A DNA stretch of 64,000 nt from Malacoraja senta (lineage: Eukaryota): the NCBI GenBank assembly GCA_038087875.1, contig CM076002.1, positions 496,001 to 560,000 on the forward strand, read 5' to 3'. Positions 50,224 to 61,149 of the stretch are shown in pieces (position 1 is the stretch's first letter; the number at the start of each line of letters is the position of its first letter). Under the pieces are notes generated by a model. It was not told where the DNA came from. It ran no database searches and saw nothing but the letters and a program-made list of their open reading frames with translations. The position numbers and the translations under genes were made by a program.

Positions 50224-51519
50224 GGTCCGCAATAACCAACCTGAACTCCCGGTGGCTCAGCACTTCATCTCCCCCTCCCATTCCGTATCTGACCTCTCTG
50301 TCCTGGGTCTCCTCCATGGCCACAGCGAGCAACACCGTAAATTGGAGGAAATGCACCTCATATTCCGCTTGGGCAGTCTACATCCTGGTGGCCTGAACGT
50401 TGAATTCTCCCAATTCTGCTAGCCCTGGCTGTCCCCTCCCCTTCATCAGCCATCTGGTTGTCTCCTCCCCTCCCCCAGCCCTCGGGCTCCTCCTCCTCCT
50501 TTTCCTTTTTTCCTTTCTTCTCCCCACCCCCTATCAGTCTGAAGAAGGGTTTCGGCCCGAAACGTTACCTATTTCCTTCGCTCCATAGATGCTGCTGCAC
50601 CCGCTGAGTTTCTCCAGCATTTTTGTGTAAGGGTCTCTGCCATACCCCGCAACACTGCTCTCTCTCCCCATCCCCCCACTCACAACAAAGGCAGAGTCCC
50701 CCTAGTCCTCACCTTTCACCCCACCAGCCGTCACATACAACAAGTGATCCTCCGTCAGTTTCGCCACCTCCAACGTGACCCCACCACTCGCCACATCTTC
50801 CCATCTCCCCCTATGTCTGCCTTCCGCAAAGACCGCTCCCTCCGTAACTCCCTTGTCAATTCTTCCCTTCCCTCCCATACCACCCCCTCCCCTGGTACTT
50901 TCCCTTGCAACCGCAAGAGATGCAACACTTGTCCCTTCACTTCCCCCCTCCACTCCATTCCAGGACCCAAGCAGTCGTTCCAGGTGCGACAGAGGTTCAC
51001 CTGCATCTCCTCCAACCTCATCTATTGCATTCGCTGCTCTAGATGCCAGCTGATCTACATCGGTGAGACCAAGCGGAGGCTTGGCGATCGTTTCGCCGAA
51101 CACCTCCGGTCGGTCCGCAATAACCAACCTGAACTCCCGGTGGCTCAGCACTTCAACTCCCCCTCCCATTCCGTATCTGACCTCTCTGTCCTGGGTCTCC
51201 TCCATGGCCACAGCGAGCAACACCGTAAATTGGAGGAAATGCACCTCATATTCCGCTTGGGCAGTCTACATCCTGGTGGCCTGAACGTTGAATTCTCCCA
51301 ATTCTGCTAGCCCTGGCTGTCCCCTCCCCTTCATCAGCCATCTGGTTGTCTCCTCCCCTCCCCCAGCCCTCGGGCTCCTCCTCCTCCTTTTCCTTTTTTC
51401 CTTTCTTCTCCCCAACCCCTATCAGTCTGAAGAAGGGTTTCGGCCCGAAACGTTGCCTATTTCCTTCGCTCCATAGATGCTGCTGCACCCGCTGAGTTTC
51501 TCCAGCATTTTTGTGTACC
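50224..51519 (+). mobile_element. Penelope-like element, 5'-truncated, with tandem pseudo-LTRs
   Basis: Direct repeat ~50224-50628 = ~51111-51516. 12-bp TSD CGCGGTGAACAC at 50212-50223 and 51520-51531. Confidence 0.92.
50744..51310 (+). CDS. Penelope GIY-YIG endonuclease domain (truncated ORF)
   Basis: CNRKRCNTC, NLIYCIRC..C.LIYIGET.R.L..RF.EH, VAQHF, ..E...I..L....P.GLN. Confidence 0.88.
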   Translation: MILRQFRHLQRDPTTRHIFPSPPMSAFRKDRSLRNSLVNSSLPSHTTPSPGTFPCNRKRCNTCPFTSPLHSIPGPKQSFQVRQRFTCISSNLIYCIRCSRCQLIYIGETKRRLGDRFAEHLRSVRNNQPELPVAQHFNSPSHSVSDLSVLGLLHGHSEQHRKLEEMHLIFRLGSLHPGGLNVEFSQFC

Positions 51520-52267
51520 CGCGGTGAACACATGTTGGGGCAGATGAGACAGTGTGAGGCTTGCAGAATGTGGGAGCCCAGGGACACAGAGGGAGCCTCT
51601 GGCTGCTACAACTGTGGCAAGTGCGTCCAGCTTCAGCTCCTTAAGGACCATGTTGGGGCACTGGAGAAGCAGCTGGATGACCTTAGGGCCATCCGGGAAA
51701 ACGAGTTTCCTGGACAGGACCTACAGTGATGTAGTCACGCCGAGGATACGGGAAGAACCAAGGTGTGCGGCAGAGAGAAAGGGTGGAAATCGTGGAGTGC
51801 AGAAGACCCAGGTGGCTGTGCCTAATGAAAACAGGTACGCCCTCTTGGGAACTGTCTGGGGAGACGATGTTTCCAATCCGAGCGGCGGACACTTCGGTGG
51901 CTCCAGTCCTAGAGATGGGACTCGAGCGGCGAGACCGACATTGGGCAGAGCCATAGTGGTGGGTGACTCCATTGTCCGAGGAGCGGACAGGAGATTCTGT
52001 GGCGGTAGACGAGATGCGAGGATGGTCTGTTGCCTCCCTGGTGCCAGGGATCAGGATGTCACGAGCTGAATTCTGAGCATCCTCGAGAGAGAGAAGGTGA
52101 ACAGCCGGCGGTAGTTGTGCACGTAGGCACAAACGACATCGGGAAGAAGAGGAAGGAGGTTCTCCAACATGAGTTCAGAGAGTTGGGAAGTAGACTGAAA
52201 TGCCGGACTTCTAGGGTGGTTATCTCTGGATTGCTTCCGGTACCTCGTGCTAGTGAGGACAGGAACA

Positions 52268-53306
52268 TCTCGGAGGAGGCGCTGTCCAGAACGGCTGCCT
52301 GTCCTGCAGCTGTCCGTTTTTTCCCCTTCTTTTTTTTATTATTTTTAGTACGTTGAGTGTGCAGTCAGGGGGCCTAATCTTTTTATGTGTGGGGGGTGGT
52401 GGGGGGGAAGGGGGAAACTGCTTTTCAAGTCCCTACCTGGTCGGAGGGGTTGCCTTCCTCCGAGCAGCGCCTTCGACCCGTCCTCGCGGCCTACCAGCGG
52501 GGCCTGGAGCGGCGTTTCCTGGGGGGACCTGGCCAGAACCTCGGCTTCGGCGGCGGCACAGCGCTGGAACGCTATCGCGGAGTGGGCGATGCCTTGTCTG
52601 GGTCGCCACGCTGGAGCTCCGGTATGCTGGGACCGCCGACAAAAACATCGCGGAGCCGCGGGTCTGTGGAGCGGCCAGCTGCGGGGACCGCCGGTGAAAA
52701 CATCGCGGGTCTGTGGAGCGGCCAGCTGCGGGGACCGCCGGTGAAAACATCGCGGGTCTGTGGAGCGGCCAGCTGCGGGGACCGCCGATAGAAACATCGC
52801 GGGTCTGTGGAGCGGCCAGCTGCGGGGACCGCCGGTGGAAACATCGCGGGTCTGTGGAGCGGCCAGCTGCGGGGACCGCCAGTGAAAACATCGCGGGTCT
52901 GTGGAGCGGCCAGCTGCGGGGACCGCCGATAGAAACATCGCGGGTCTGTGGAACGGCCAGCTGCGGGGACCGCCGATAGAAACATCGCGGGTCTGTGGAG
53001 CGGCCAGCTGCTGAGAGGGTTCTCCCGACGCCGGAGTACCATCACCCGGCGAGAACGGCCAGGAACATCGGGCCTCCGTAGTGGCGAATGTGGAGGCCTC
53101 AATAGGCCCGACTATGGGTGGACATGGGGATGGGGACTGGACTTTGTGCCTTCCCCCACAGTGGGAACCATTGTGGGGGGATGTTTTTATGTTTAATGTT
53201 AAACTTCTTAATGCTATGTTGTATTTTTATTAGTGTGCTGCAAGGACATCAGAATTTCCCCTGAATAAGGGGATTAATAAAGTAAAAATCAAATCAAATC
53301 AAATCA
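52268..53306 (+). mobile_element. GC-rich non-autonomous retroposon, copy C
   Basis: Homologous body, 3' CCCCT/AGGGG stem, AATAAA, (AAATC)n tail, AACA TSD. Interrupts CR1 ORF1. Confidence 0.82.
52658..53010. repeat. 47-bp minisatellite, about 7.5 copies
   Basis: Unit GCGGGTCTGTGGAGCGGCCAGCTGCGGGGACCGCCGGTGAAAACATC. Confidence 0.95.
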
Positions 53307-54313
53307 AACAGGGAGATAGGGGATCTGAATGTGTGGCTGAGAGGCTGGTGCAGGGAGCAAGGATTTAGATTTATAGACCACTGGGATCTCTTCTGGGGCA
53401 GGGGTGACCTGTACAAAAGGGACGGGTTACACCTTAACTGGAGGGGGACCGACATTCTGGCAGGCAGGTTTGCTAGGGCTACACGTGTGGGTTTAAACTA
53501 AATAGTGGGGGGGAGGGATTGACAAATTGGGAGTATAAAGATGGAGTTGAAGGGGAGGTGGCTACAGGAAAAATGTCAAAAGATTTTCGAATTAATGGGA
53601 AGGAAAGCTCGAGAATGGACAACAGAGTAAGGTCAGGGCCAATTGGGAGCGGTGCGAGGGGGGACGTGAATGCGGAGGTCAAAGTGCTGTATATGAATGC
53701 GCAAGGTATAAGGAATAAAGTGGACAACATGGCTGCAAGAGGGCCGAGGCTGGGAACTGAATATTCAAGGATATACCTCCTATTGAAAAGACAGACAGGT
53801 TTGCAGAGGGGTGGGGTTGCCATGTTGGTGAGGAATGAAATTCAGTCCCTAGCAAGGGGTGACATTGAAACAGGAGATGTGGAGTCAGTATGGATAGAAT
53901 TAAGGAATTGTAAGGTTAAAAAGACCCTAATAGGACTAATCTACAGACCCCCAAACAGTAGCCTGGACATAGGGCGCTAGTTGAATCAGGAGTTAAAATT
54001 GGCATGTAGTAAAAGTAATGCTGTAGGGAGATTTCAATATGCAGGTAGACAGGGAAAATCAGGTTAGTACAGGACCCCAAGAAAGGAACTTTGTAGAGTG
54101 CCTTCGTGATGGATTCTTTGAACAGCTTGTATTGGAGTCTACGGGGGAGAAGGAAATTCTGGATTAAGTGTTATGTAATTAACCAGATTTGATAAAGGAC
54201 CTCGAGGTTAATGAGCCATTAGGAGGCAGTGACCATTACATGGTTAGGTTAAATCTACAATTGGAGAGGGAGAAGAATAGATCGGAGGTGTCAGTGTTGC
54301 AGTTGAATAAAGG

Positions 54314-55182
54314 ACAAAGGACAAAGGACATTTATTATCACATACACCAATTGGTGTAGTGAAATTTAACTTGCCATTGCAGCACACAAATAAAGATAAG
54401 ACACAACATCCAAGAATTTAACAATAAACATAAAAACATCCCCCCACAATGGTTCCCACTGTGGGGGAAGGCAGCAAAGTCCAGTCCCATCCCCAGTTCA
54501 CCCATAGTCGGGCCTAATTGAGGCCTCCGCAGTCGCCGCTACGGCAGCCCGATGCTTCAGGCCCTCTCGCCGGATGATGGAATTCTGGCGTCGGGTGAAC
54601 ACTCTCAGCGGCCCGGAGTGTCTGGAGCGGCCGCTCCCTCCCAGGAGACCGCGGCTCCCGAAGTCCACGAGCCGCGCTGGTCGATGCTCCGACTCTGGCA
54701 ACCTCGTCGTGAGATCCCAGGCTCCGCGATGATTAGGGTTCAGCGCCGCCCGCGGCAGGAAGCTCCGCAGACCGCTGACCGCTGACCGCAGACCGCAGAC
54801 CGCTGATCGCAGCTCCGCGATGTTGGTGCCGGCGGTCACAGCACTCCGGAGCTTGCTGCACGGCGACCCGGGTTAGGCATCGCCCTCTCCGCGATGGTGC
54901 TTCAGCGCTGTGCCGCCGCCGAAGCTGATGTCCTGGCAGGTCCCGGCAGGAAAACGCCGCTCCAGTCTGCCCGTAGGCCGCGAGGAAGGGGCGAAGATAC
55001 GGCTCGGAGAAAAGCCGCAACTCCGACCAGGTAGGGACTGAGAAAATAGTTTCCCCCTCCCCCCCCCCCCCAACCCCCCACATAAAAAGACTAAAAGACC
55101 TCCAAAAACAAACACATTTAACTAACTAAAAATGTAAAAAAGGGTGAAAAGACTAACAGCTGCTGGCAGGGCAGCCATACTA
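54314..55182 (-). mobile_element. GC-rich non-autonomous retroposon, copy D
   Basis: 10-bp TSD TGAATAAAGG at 54304-54313 and 55183-55192, (TTGTCCT)n tail, homologous body. Confidence 0.85.
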
Positions 55183-55455
55183 TGAATAAAGGGGACTATG
55201 GGGCCATGAGGGAGGAGCTGGCCAAAGTTGACTGGAAAGATGTACTGACAGTGGAACAACAATGGCAGGTGTTTCTAGGAATAATACAGAAGGTGCAGGA
55301 TCAGTTCATTCCTAGGAGGAAGAAAGATTCCAAGGGGAGAAGGGGACGACCATGGCTGACAAGGGACGTCAGAGACAGTATAAAAATTAAAGCGAAGAAG
55401 TACAACGTAGCAAAGATGAGCGGGAAGCAAGAGGATTGGGACAGAAGGCTGATAA

Positions 55456-58400
55456 ATCTGCAAAGGCTACTGGGGAGACTTTAAACTAGAATGGTTGGGG
55501 GGAGGGACTCAAATAGAGAAAGCTATTAGACAGTGTGTGAGGCACGAGGCAGAGAAGAAAAGCACTCAGACCCAACATGTAGGGGGGAAAGAAGAAAACA
55601 ATAATAAACAGAGAATAAGAGGTGGTGGGGTTCTTAAATGGGTGAGCAGAGAAACAGAGGGGTGTAAAATGCGGGCGGAAGCAATAGGTAGCAAGGTGAA
55701 AAGTAAAAGTGGCAGGTAGACAAATCCAGGGCAAAAATCAAAAAGAGCCACTTTTCAACATAATTGTATAAGGGGTAAGAGCGTTGTAAAAACAAGCCTG
55801 AAGGCTTTGTGTCTCAATGCAAGGAGCATTCGTAATAAGGTGGATGAGTTGAACGTGCAGATAGCAATTAATGATTATGATATAGTTGGGATCATGGAGA
55901 CATGGCTCCAGGGTGACCAAGGCTGGGAGCTGAACATCCAGGGATATTCAATATTCAGGAGGGATAGAGAGAAAGGAAAAGGAGGTGGGGTAGCGTTGCT
56001 GGTTAGAGAGGAGATTAACGCAGTGGAAAGGAAGGACATTAGCTTGGAGGATGTGGAATCGGTATGGGTAGAGCTGCGAAACACTAAGGGGCAGAAAACG
56101 CTGGTGGGTGTTGTGTACAGGCCACCTAGCAGTAGTAGTGAAGTTGGGGATGGCATCAAACAGGAAATTAGAAATGCGTGCAACAAAGGCAAAACAGTTA
56201 TAATGGGTGACTTCAATCTACATATAGATTGGGTGAATCAAATTGGCAGGGGTGCTGAGGAAGAGAATTTCTTGGAATGTATGAGGGATAGTTATCTAAA
56301 CCAACATGTAGAGGAACCAACGAGAGAGCAGGCTATTCTAGACTGGGTATTGAGTAATGAGGAAGGGTTAGTTAGCAGTCTTGTTGTGCGTGCCCCCTTG
56401 GGCAAGAGTGACCATAATATGGTTGAGTTCTTCATTAGGATGGAGAGTGACATTGTTAATTCAGAAACAACGGTTCTGAACTTAAAGAAAGGTAACTTTG
56501 ATGGTATGAGACGTGAATTGGCCAAGATTGACTGGCAATTAGTTCTAAAAGGGTTGACGGTGGATATGCAATGGAAGGCATTTAAAGACTGCATGGATGA
56601 ACTACAAAAATTGTTCATCCCAGTTTGGCAAAAGAATAAATCAGGGAAGGTAGTGCATCCGTGGATAACAAGGGAAATCAGGGATAGTATCAAAGCAAAA
56701 GATGATGCGTACAAATTAGCCAGAAAAAGCAGCGTACCAGAGGACTGGGAGAAATTCAGAGACAGCAGAGGAGGACAAAGGGCTTAATTAGGAAAGGGAA
56801 AATAGATTATGAAAGGAAACTGGCAGGGAACATAAAAACTGACTGCAAAAGGTTTTATAGATATATGAAGAGAAAGAGATTAGTTAAAACAAATGTAGGT
56901 CCCTTGCAGTCAGAAACAGGTGAATTGATCATGGGGAACAAGGATATGGCGGACCAATTGAATAACTACTTTGGTTCCGTCTTCACTAAGGAAGACATAA
57001 ATAATCTGCCGGAAATAGCAGGAGGCCGCGGGTCAAAGGAGATGGAGGAACTGAGTGAAATCCAGGTTAGTCGGGAAGTGGTGTTGGGTAAATTGAATGG
57101 ATTAAAGGGCGATAAATCCCCAGGGCCAGATAGGCTGCATCCCAGAGTACTTAAGGAAATAGCTCCAGAAATAGTGGATGCATTAGTGATAATTTTTCAA
57201 AACTCTTTAGATTCTGGAGTAGTTCCTGAGGATTGGAGGGTAGCAAACGTAACCCCACTTTTTAAGAAGGGAGGGAGAGAGAAAACGGGGAATTACAGAC
57301 CAGTTAGTCTAACATCGGTAGTGGGGAAACTGCTAGAGTCATTTATTAAAGATGGGATAGCAGCACATTTGGAAAGTGGTGAAATCATTGGACAAAGTCA
57401 GCATGGATTTACGAAAGGTAAATCGTGTCTGACGAATCTTATAGAATTTTTCGAGGATGTAACTAGTAGAGTGGATGGGGAGAACCAGTGGATGTGTTGT
57501 ATCTGGACTTTCAGAAGGCTTTCGACAAGGTACCACATAAGAGATTAGGATACAAACTTAAATCACACGGTATTGGGGTTCAGTATTGATGTGGATAGAG
57601 AACTGGCTGGCAAACAGGAAGCAAAGAGTAGGAGTAAACGGGTCCTTTTCACAATGGCAGGCAGTGACTAGTGGGGTACCGCAAGGCTCAGTGCTGGGAC
57701 CCCAGCTATTTACAATTTATATTAATGATCTGGACGAGGGAATTGAAAGTAACATCTCCAAGTTCGCGGATGACACTAAGCTGGGGGGGCAGTGTTAGCT
57801 GTGAGGAGGATACTAGGAGACTGCAAGGTGACTTGGATAGGCTGGGTGAGTGGGCAAATGTTTGGCAGATGCAGTATAATGTGGATAAATGTGAGGTTAT
57901 CCACTTTCGTGGCAAAAACGGGAAGGCAGACTGTTATCTAAATGGTGGCCGATTAGGAAATGGGGAGATGCAGCGAGACCTGGGTGTCATGGTACACCAG
58001 TCATTGAAAGTAGGCATGCAGGTGCAGCAGGCAGTGAAGAAAGCGAATGGTATGTTGGCCTTCATAGCAAGAGGATTTGAGTATAGGAGCAGGGAGGTTC
58101 TACTGCAGTTGTACAGGGTCTTGGTGAGACCACACCTGGAGTATTGCGTACAGTTTTGGTCTCCAAATCTGAGGAAGGACATTATAGCCATAGAGGGAGT
58201 GCAGAGAAGGTTCACCAGACTGATTACTGGCATGTCAGGACTTTCATATGAAGAAAGACTGGATAGACTTGGCTTATACTCGCTAGAATTTAGGAGATTG
58301 AGAGGGGATCTTATAGAAACGTACAAAATTCTTATGGGGTTGGACAGGCTAGATGCAGGAAGATTGTTCCCGATGTTGGGGAAGTCCAGGACAAGGGGTC

Positions 58401-58698
58401 ACAGCTTAAGGATAAGGGGGAAATCCTTTAAGACCGAGATGAGGAAAAACTTTTTCACACAGAGGTGAATCTCTGGAACTCTCTGCCACAGAGGGTAGTT
58501 GAGGCCAGTTCATTGGCTATATTTAAGAGGGAGTTAGATGTGGCCCTTGTGGCTAAAGGGATCAGGGGGTATGGAGAGAAGGCAGGTACGGGATACTGAG
58601 TTGGATGATCAGCCATGATCATATTGAATGGTGGTGCAGGCTCGAAGGGCCGAATGGCCTACTCCTGCACCTATTTTCTATGTTTCTATGTTTCTATG
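55456..58698 (+). mobile_element. Young CR1 (complete ORF2 region with a few frameshifts, 3' UTR)
   Basis: ORFs 55807-56787, 56865-57548, 57586-57798 and 57671-58468; (TTTCTATG)n tail. Confidence 0.95.
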
Positions 58699-58699
58699 T

Positions 58700-61149
58700 A
58701 ATCCCCAGGGCCTGATGGTCTGCATCCCAAAGTACTTAAGGAATTGGCTCTAGAAATCGTGGATGCATTGTTGATAATTTTCCAATGTTCTATAGACTCA
58801 GGATCAGTTCCTGTGGATTGGAGGATAGTTAATGTTATCCCACTTTTTAAGAAAGACGGGAGAGAGAAAACAGTGAATTATACACCAGTTAGCCTGACAT
58901 CGGTGGTGGTGAAGATGGTGGAGTCAATTATGAAAGATGAGATAGCCGAACATTTGGATAGCAGTAACAGGATCGGTCCGAGTCAGCATGGATTTACAAA
59001 GGGGAAATCATGCTTGACAAAGCTTCTGGAATTTTTTGAAGATGTAACTAGGAAAATGGACAAGGGAGAGCCAGTGGATGCAGTGTACCTGTATTTTCAG
59101 AAAGCATTTGATAAGGTCCAACATCGGAAATTAATGGGCAAAATGAGGGCACATTGTATTGGGGGTAGAGTGCTGACATGGATAGAAAATTGGTTGGCAG
59201 ACAGGAAACAAAGAGTAGGGAGTAACGGGTCCCTTTCAAAATGGCAGGCAGTGACTAGTGGGGTACCGCAAGGTGCGGTGCTGGGACCGCAGCTATTTAC
59301 AATATACATCAATGATTGGATGAAGGGATTCAAGGTAACATTAGCAAATTTGCAGATGACACAAAGCTGGGTGGCAGTGTGAACTGTGAGGAGGATGCTA
59401 TGAGAATGCAGGGTGACTTGGACAGGTTGGGGGAGTGGGCAGATGCATGGCAGATGAAGTTTAGTGCGGATAAATGTGAGGTTATCCACGTTGGTGGCAA
59501 AAACAGGAAGGCAGATTACTATCTTAATGGCGTCAAGTTGGGAAAAGGGAAGTACAATGGGATCTGGGGGTCCTTGTACATCAGTCTATGAAAGTAAGCA
59601 TGCAGGTACAGCAGGCAGTGAAGAAAGCGAATGGCATGTTGGCCTTTATAACAAGAGGAACCAAATATAGGAGCAAAGAGGTCCTTTTGCAGTTGTACAG
59701 AGCCCTAGTGAGACCACACCTGGAGTATTGTGTGCAGTTTTTGTCCCCTAATTTGAGGCAGCACACTCCGTATTCACGTCCCCCCTCGCACAGCTCGCAA
59801 TTGGCCCTGACCTTACTGCTTTATCCCTTCACGAACTTTCCTTTTCATTAATTCGAGAATCTTTTGTAATTTTTCCTGTACTCACTTCCCCTTCAACTCC
59901 ATCTTTATACTCCCAATTTGTCAATCCCTCCTCCCCAATATTTAGCTAATGTTATCCCACTTTTTAAGAAATGTTTAAAAAAGAACTGCAGATGCTGGAA
60001 AAATCGAAGGTAGAAAAAAATGATGGAGAAACTCAGCGGGTGAGGCAGCATCTATGGAGCGAAGGAATAGGTGACGTTTCGGGTCGAGACCCTTCATCAG
60101 AATGGAGGAGGCCCAGGACAGAAAGGTCAGTTTTGGAATGGGAGGGGGAGTTGAAGTGCTGGTCCACTGGGAGATCAGGTTGGTCACTGCTCTAGGTGTC
60201 AACTGCCCTACATCGGTGACAGCAAGTGCAGGCTTGGCGATCGCTTCGCCCAACACCTCCGCTTGGTTCGCATTAATAAATCTGATCTCCCGGTGGCCCA
60301 GCACTTCAACTCCCCCTCCCATTCCGAATCCGACCTTTCTGTCCTGGACCTCCTCCATGGCCAGGGTGAGTCCCACTGCAAATTGGAGGAGCAGCACCTC
60401 ATATTTCGCTTGGGCAGTTTACACCTAGCAGTATGAACATTGATTCCTCCAATTTCAGGTAGTCCTTGCTTTCTCCCTCCTTCCCCTCCCCTTCCCAGCT
60501 CTCCCACAGCCTACTGTCTCCACCTCTTCCTTTCTTCTTCACGCCCCCCCCCCCCACATCAACCTGAAGAACGGTCTCGACCCGAAACATCACCTATTCC
60601 TTCGCTCCATAGATGCTGCCTCACCTGCTGAGATTCTCCAGCAATTTTGTCTACCTTCCACTTTTTAAGAAATGAGGGAGAAAGAAAACAGGGAATTATA
60701 GACCAGTTAGCCTGACATCGGTGGTGGGGAAGATGCTGGAATCAATTATAAAAGATGAAATAGCCGCACATTTGGACAGTAGTAACAAGATCGGTCTGAG
60801 TCAGCATGGATTTACAAAGGGGAACTTATGCTTGACTAATCTTCTGGAATTTTTTGAGGATGTAACTATGAAAATGGACAAGGGAAAGCCAGTGGATGTA
60901 GTGTACCTGGTCTTTCAGAAAGCCTTTGATAAGGTCCCACATAGGAGGTTAGTGGGCAAAACTAGAGCACATGGTATTGGGTTAGGGTACTAACATGGAT
61001 AGAAAATTGGTTGACGGACAGGAACCAAAGAGTAGGGATTTTTGGGAGCAAAAACAGGAAGGCAGATTACTATCTAAATGGTGTCAAGTTGGGAAAAGCG
61101 GAAGTACAACGGGATCTGGGGGTTCTTGTTCATCAGTCAATGAAAGTAA
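58700..61149 (+). mobile_element. Rearranged CR1 RT fragments, with an inverted ORF1/ORF2-junction piece at ~59760-59945
   Basis: ORFs 58744-59382, 59316-59591 and 60721-60993. 59760-59945 resembles the reverse complement of ~53500-53680. Confidence 0.85.
59972..60657. mobile_element. Penelope fragment with inverted pseudo-LTR arrangement
   Basis: Minus arm 59972-60185, plus arm ~60195-60657. TSD CCACTTTTTAAGAAATG at 59957-59973 and 60658-60674. Confidence 0.88.

Larger units (their letters stand above)
49876..55440 (+). mobile_element. CR1 5' part (5' UTR, ORF1, EN) carrying three nested insertions
   Basis: 5' UTR with a 51-bp tandem repeat (50073-50174). ORF1 from ATG 51532 (CEACRMWE..CYNCGKC, GDSIVRG, HVGTND). 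EN YMNAQGIRNK, YRPPNS. Confidence 0.88.

Noticed and set aside
52476..52500. HDV-like ribozyme (CCG-TCCTCG-CGG resembles P3/L3)
   Set aside because: I could not find a consistent P1.1, J4/2 or downstream P2 strand across the four copies; the would-be P2 strand pairs upstream instead. Not formally excluded without a descriptor search.
52658..53010. CRISPR-like array
   Set aside because: Head-to-tail 47-bp units without unique spacers, no cas genes, eukaryotic context: a minisatellite.
52345..53196. Many overlapping Arg/Pro/Gly-rich ORFs (also 6144-6848, 54498-55115, 1935-2449)
   Set aside because: Expected in GC-rich, stop-poor repeats; no recognisable domain, and indels between copies break the frames.
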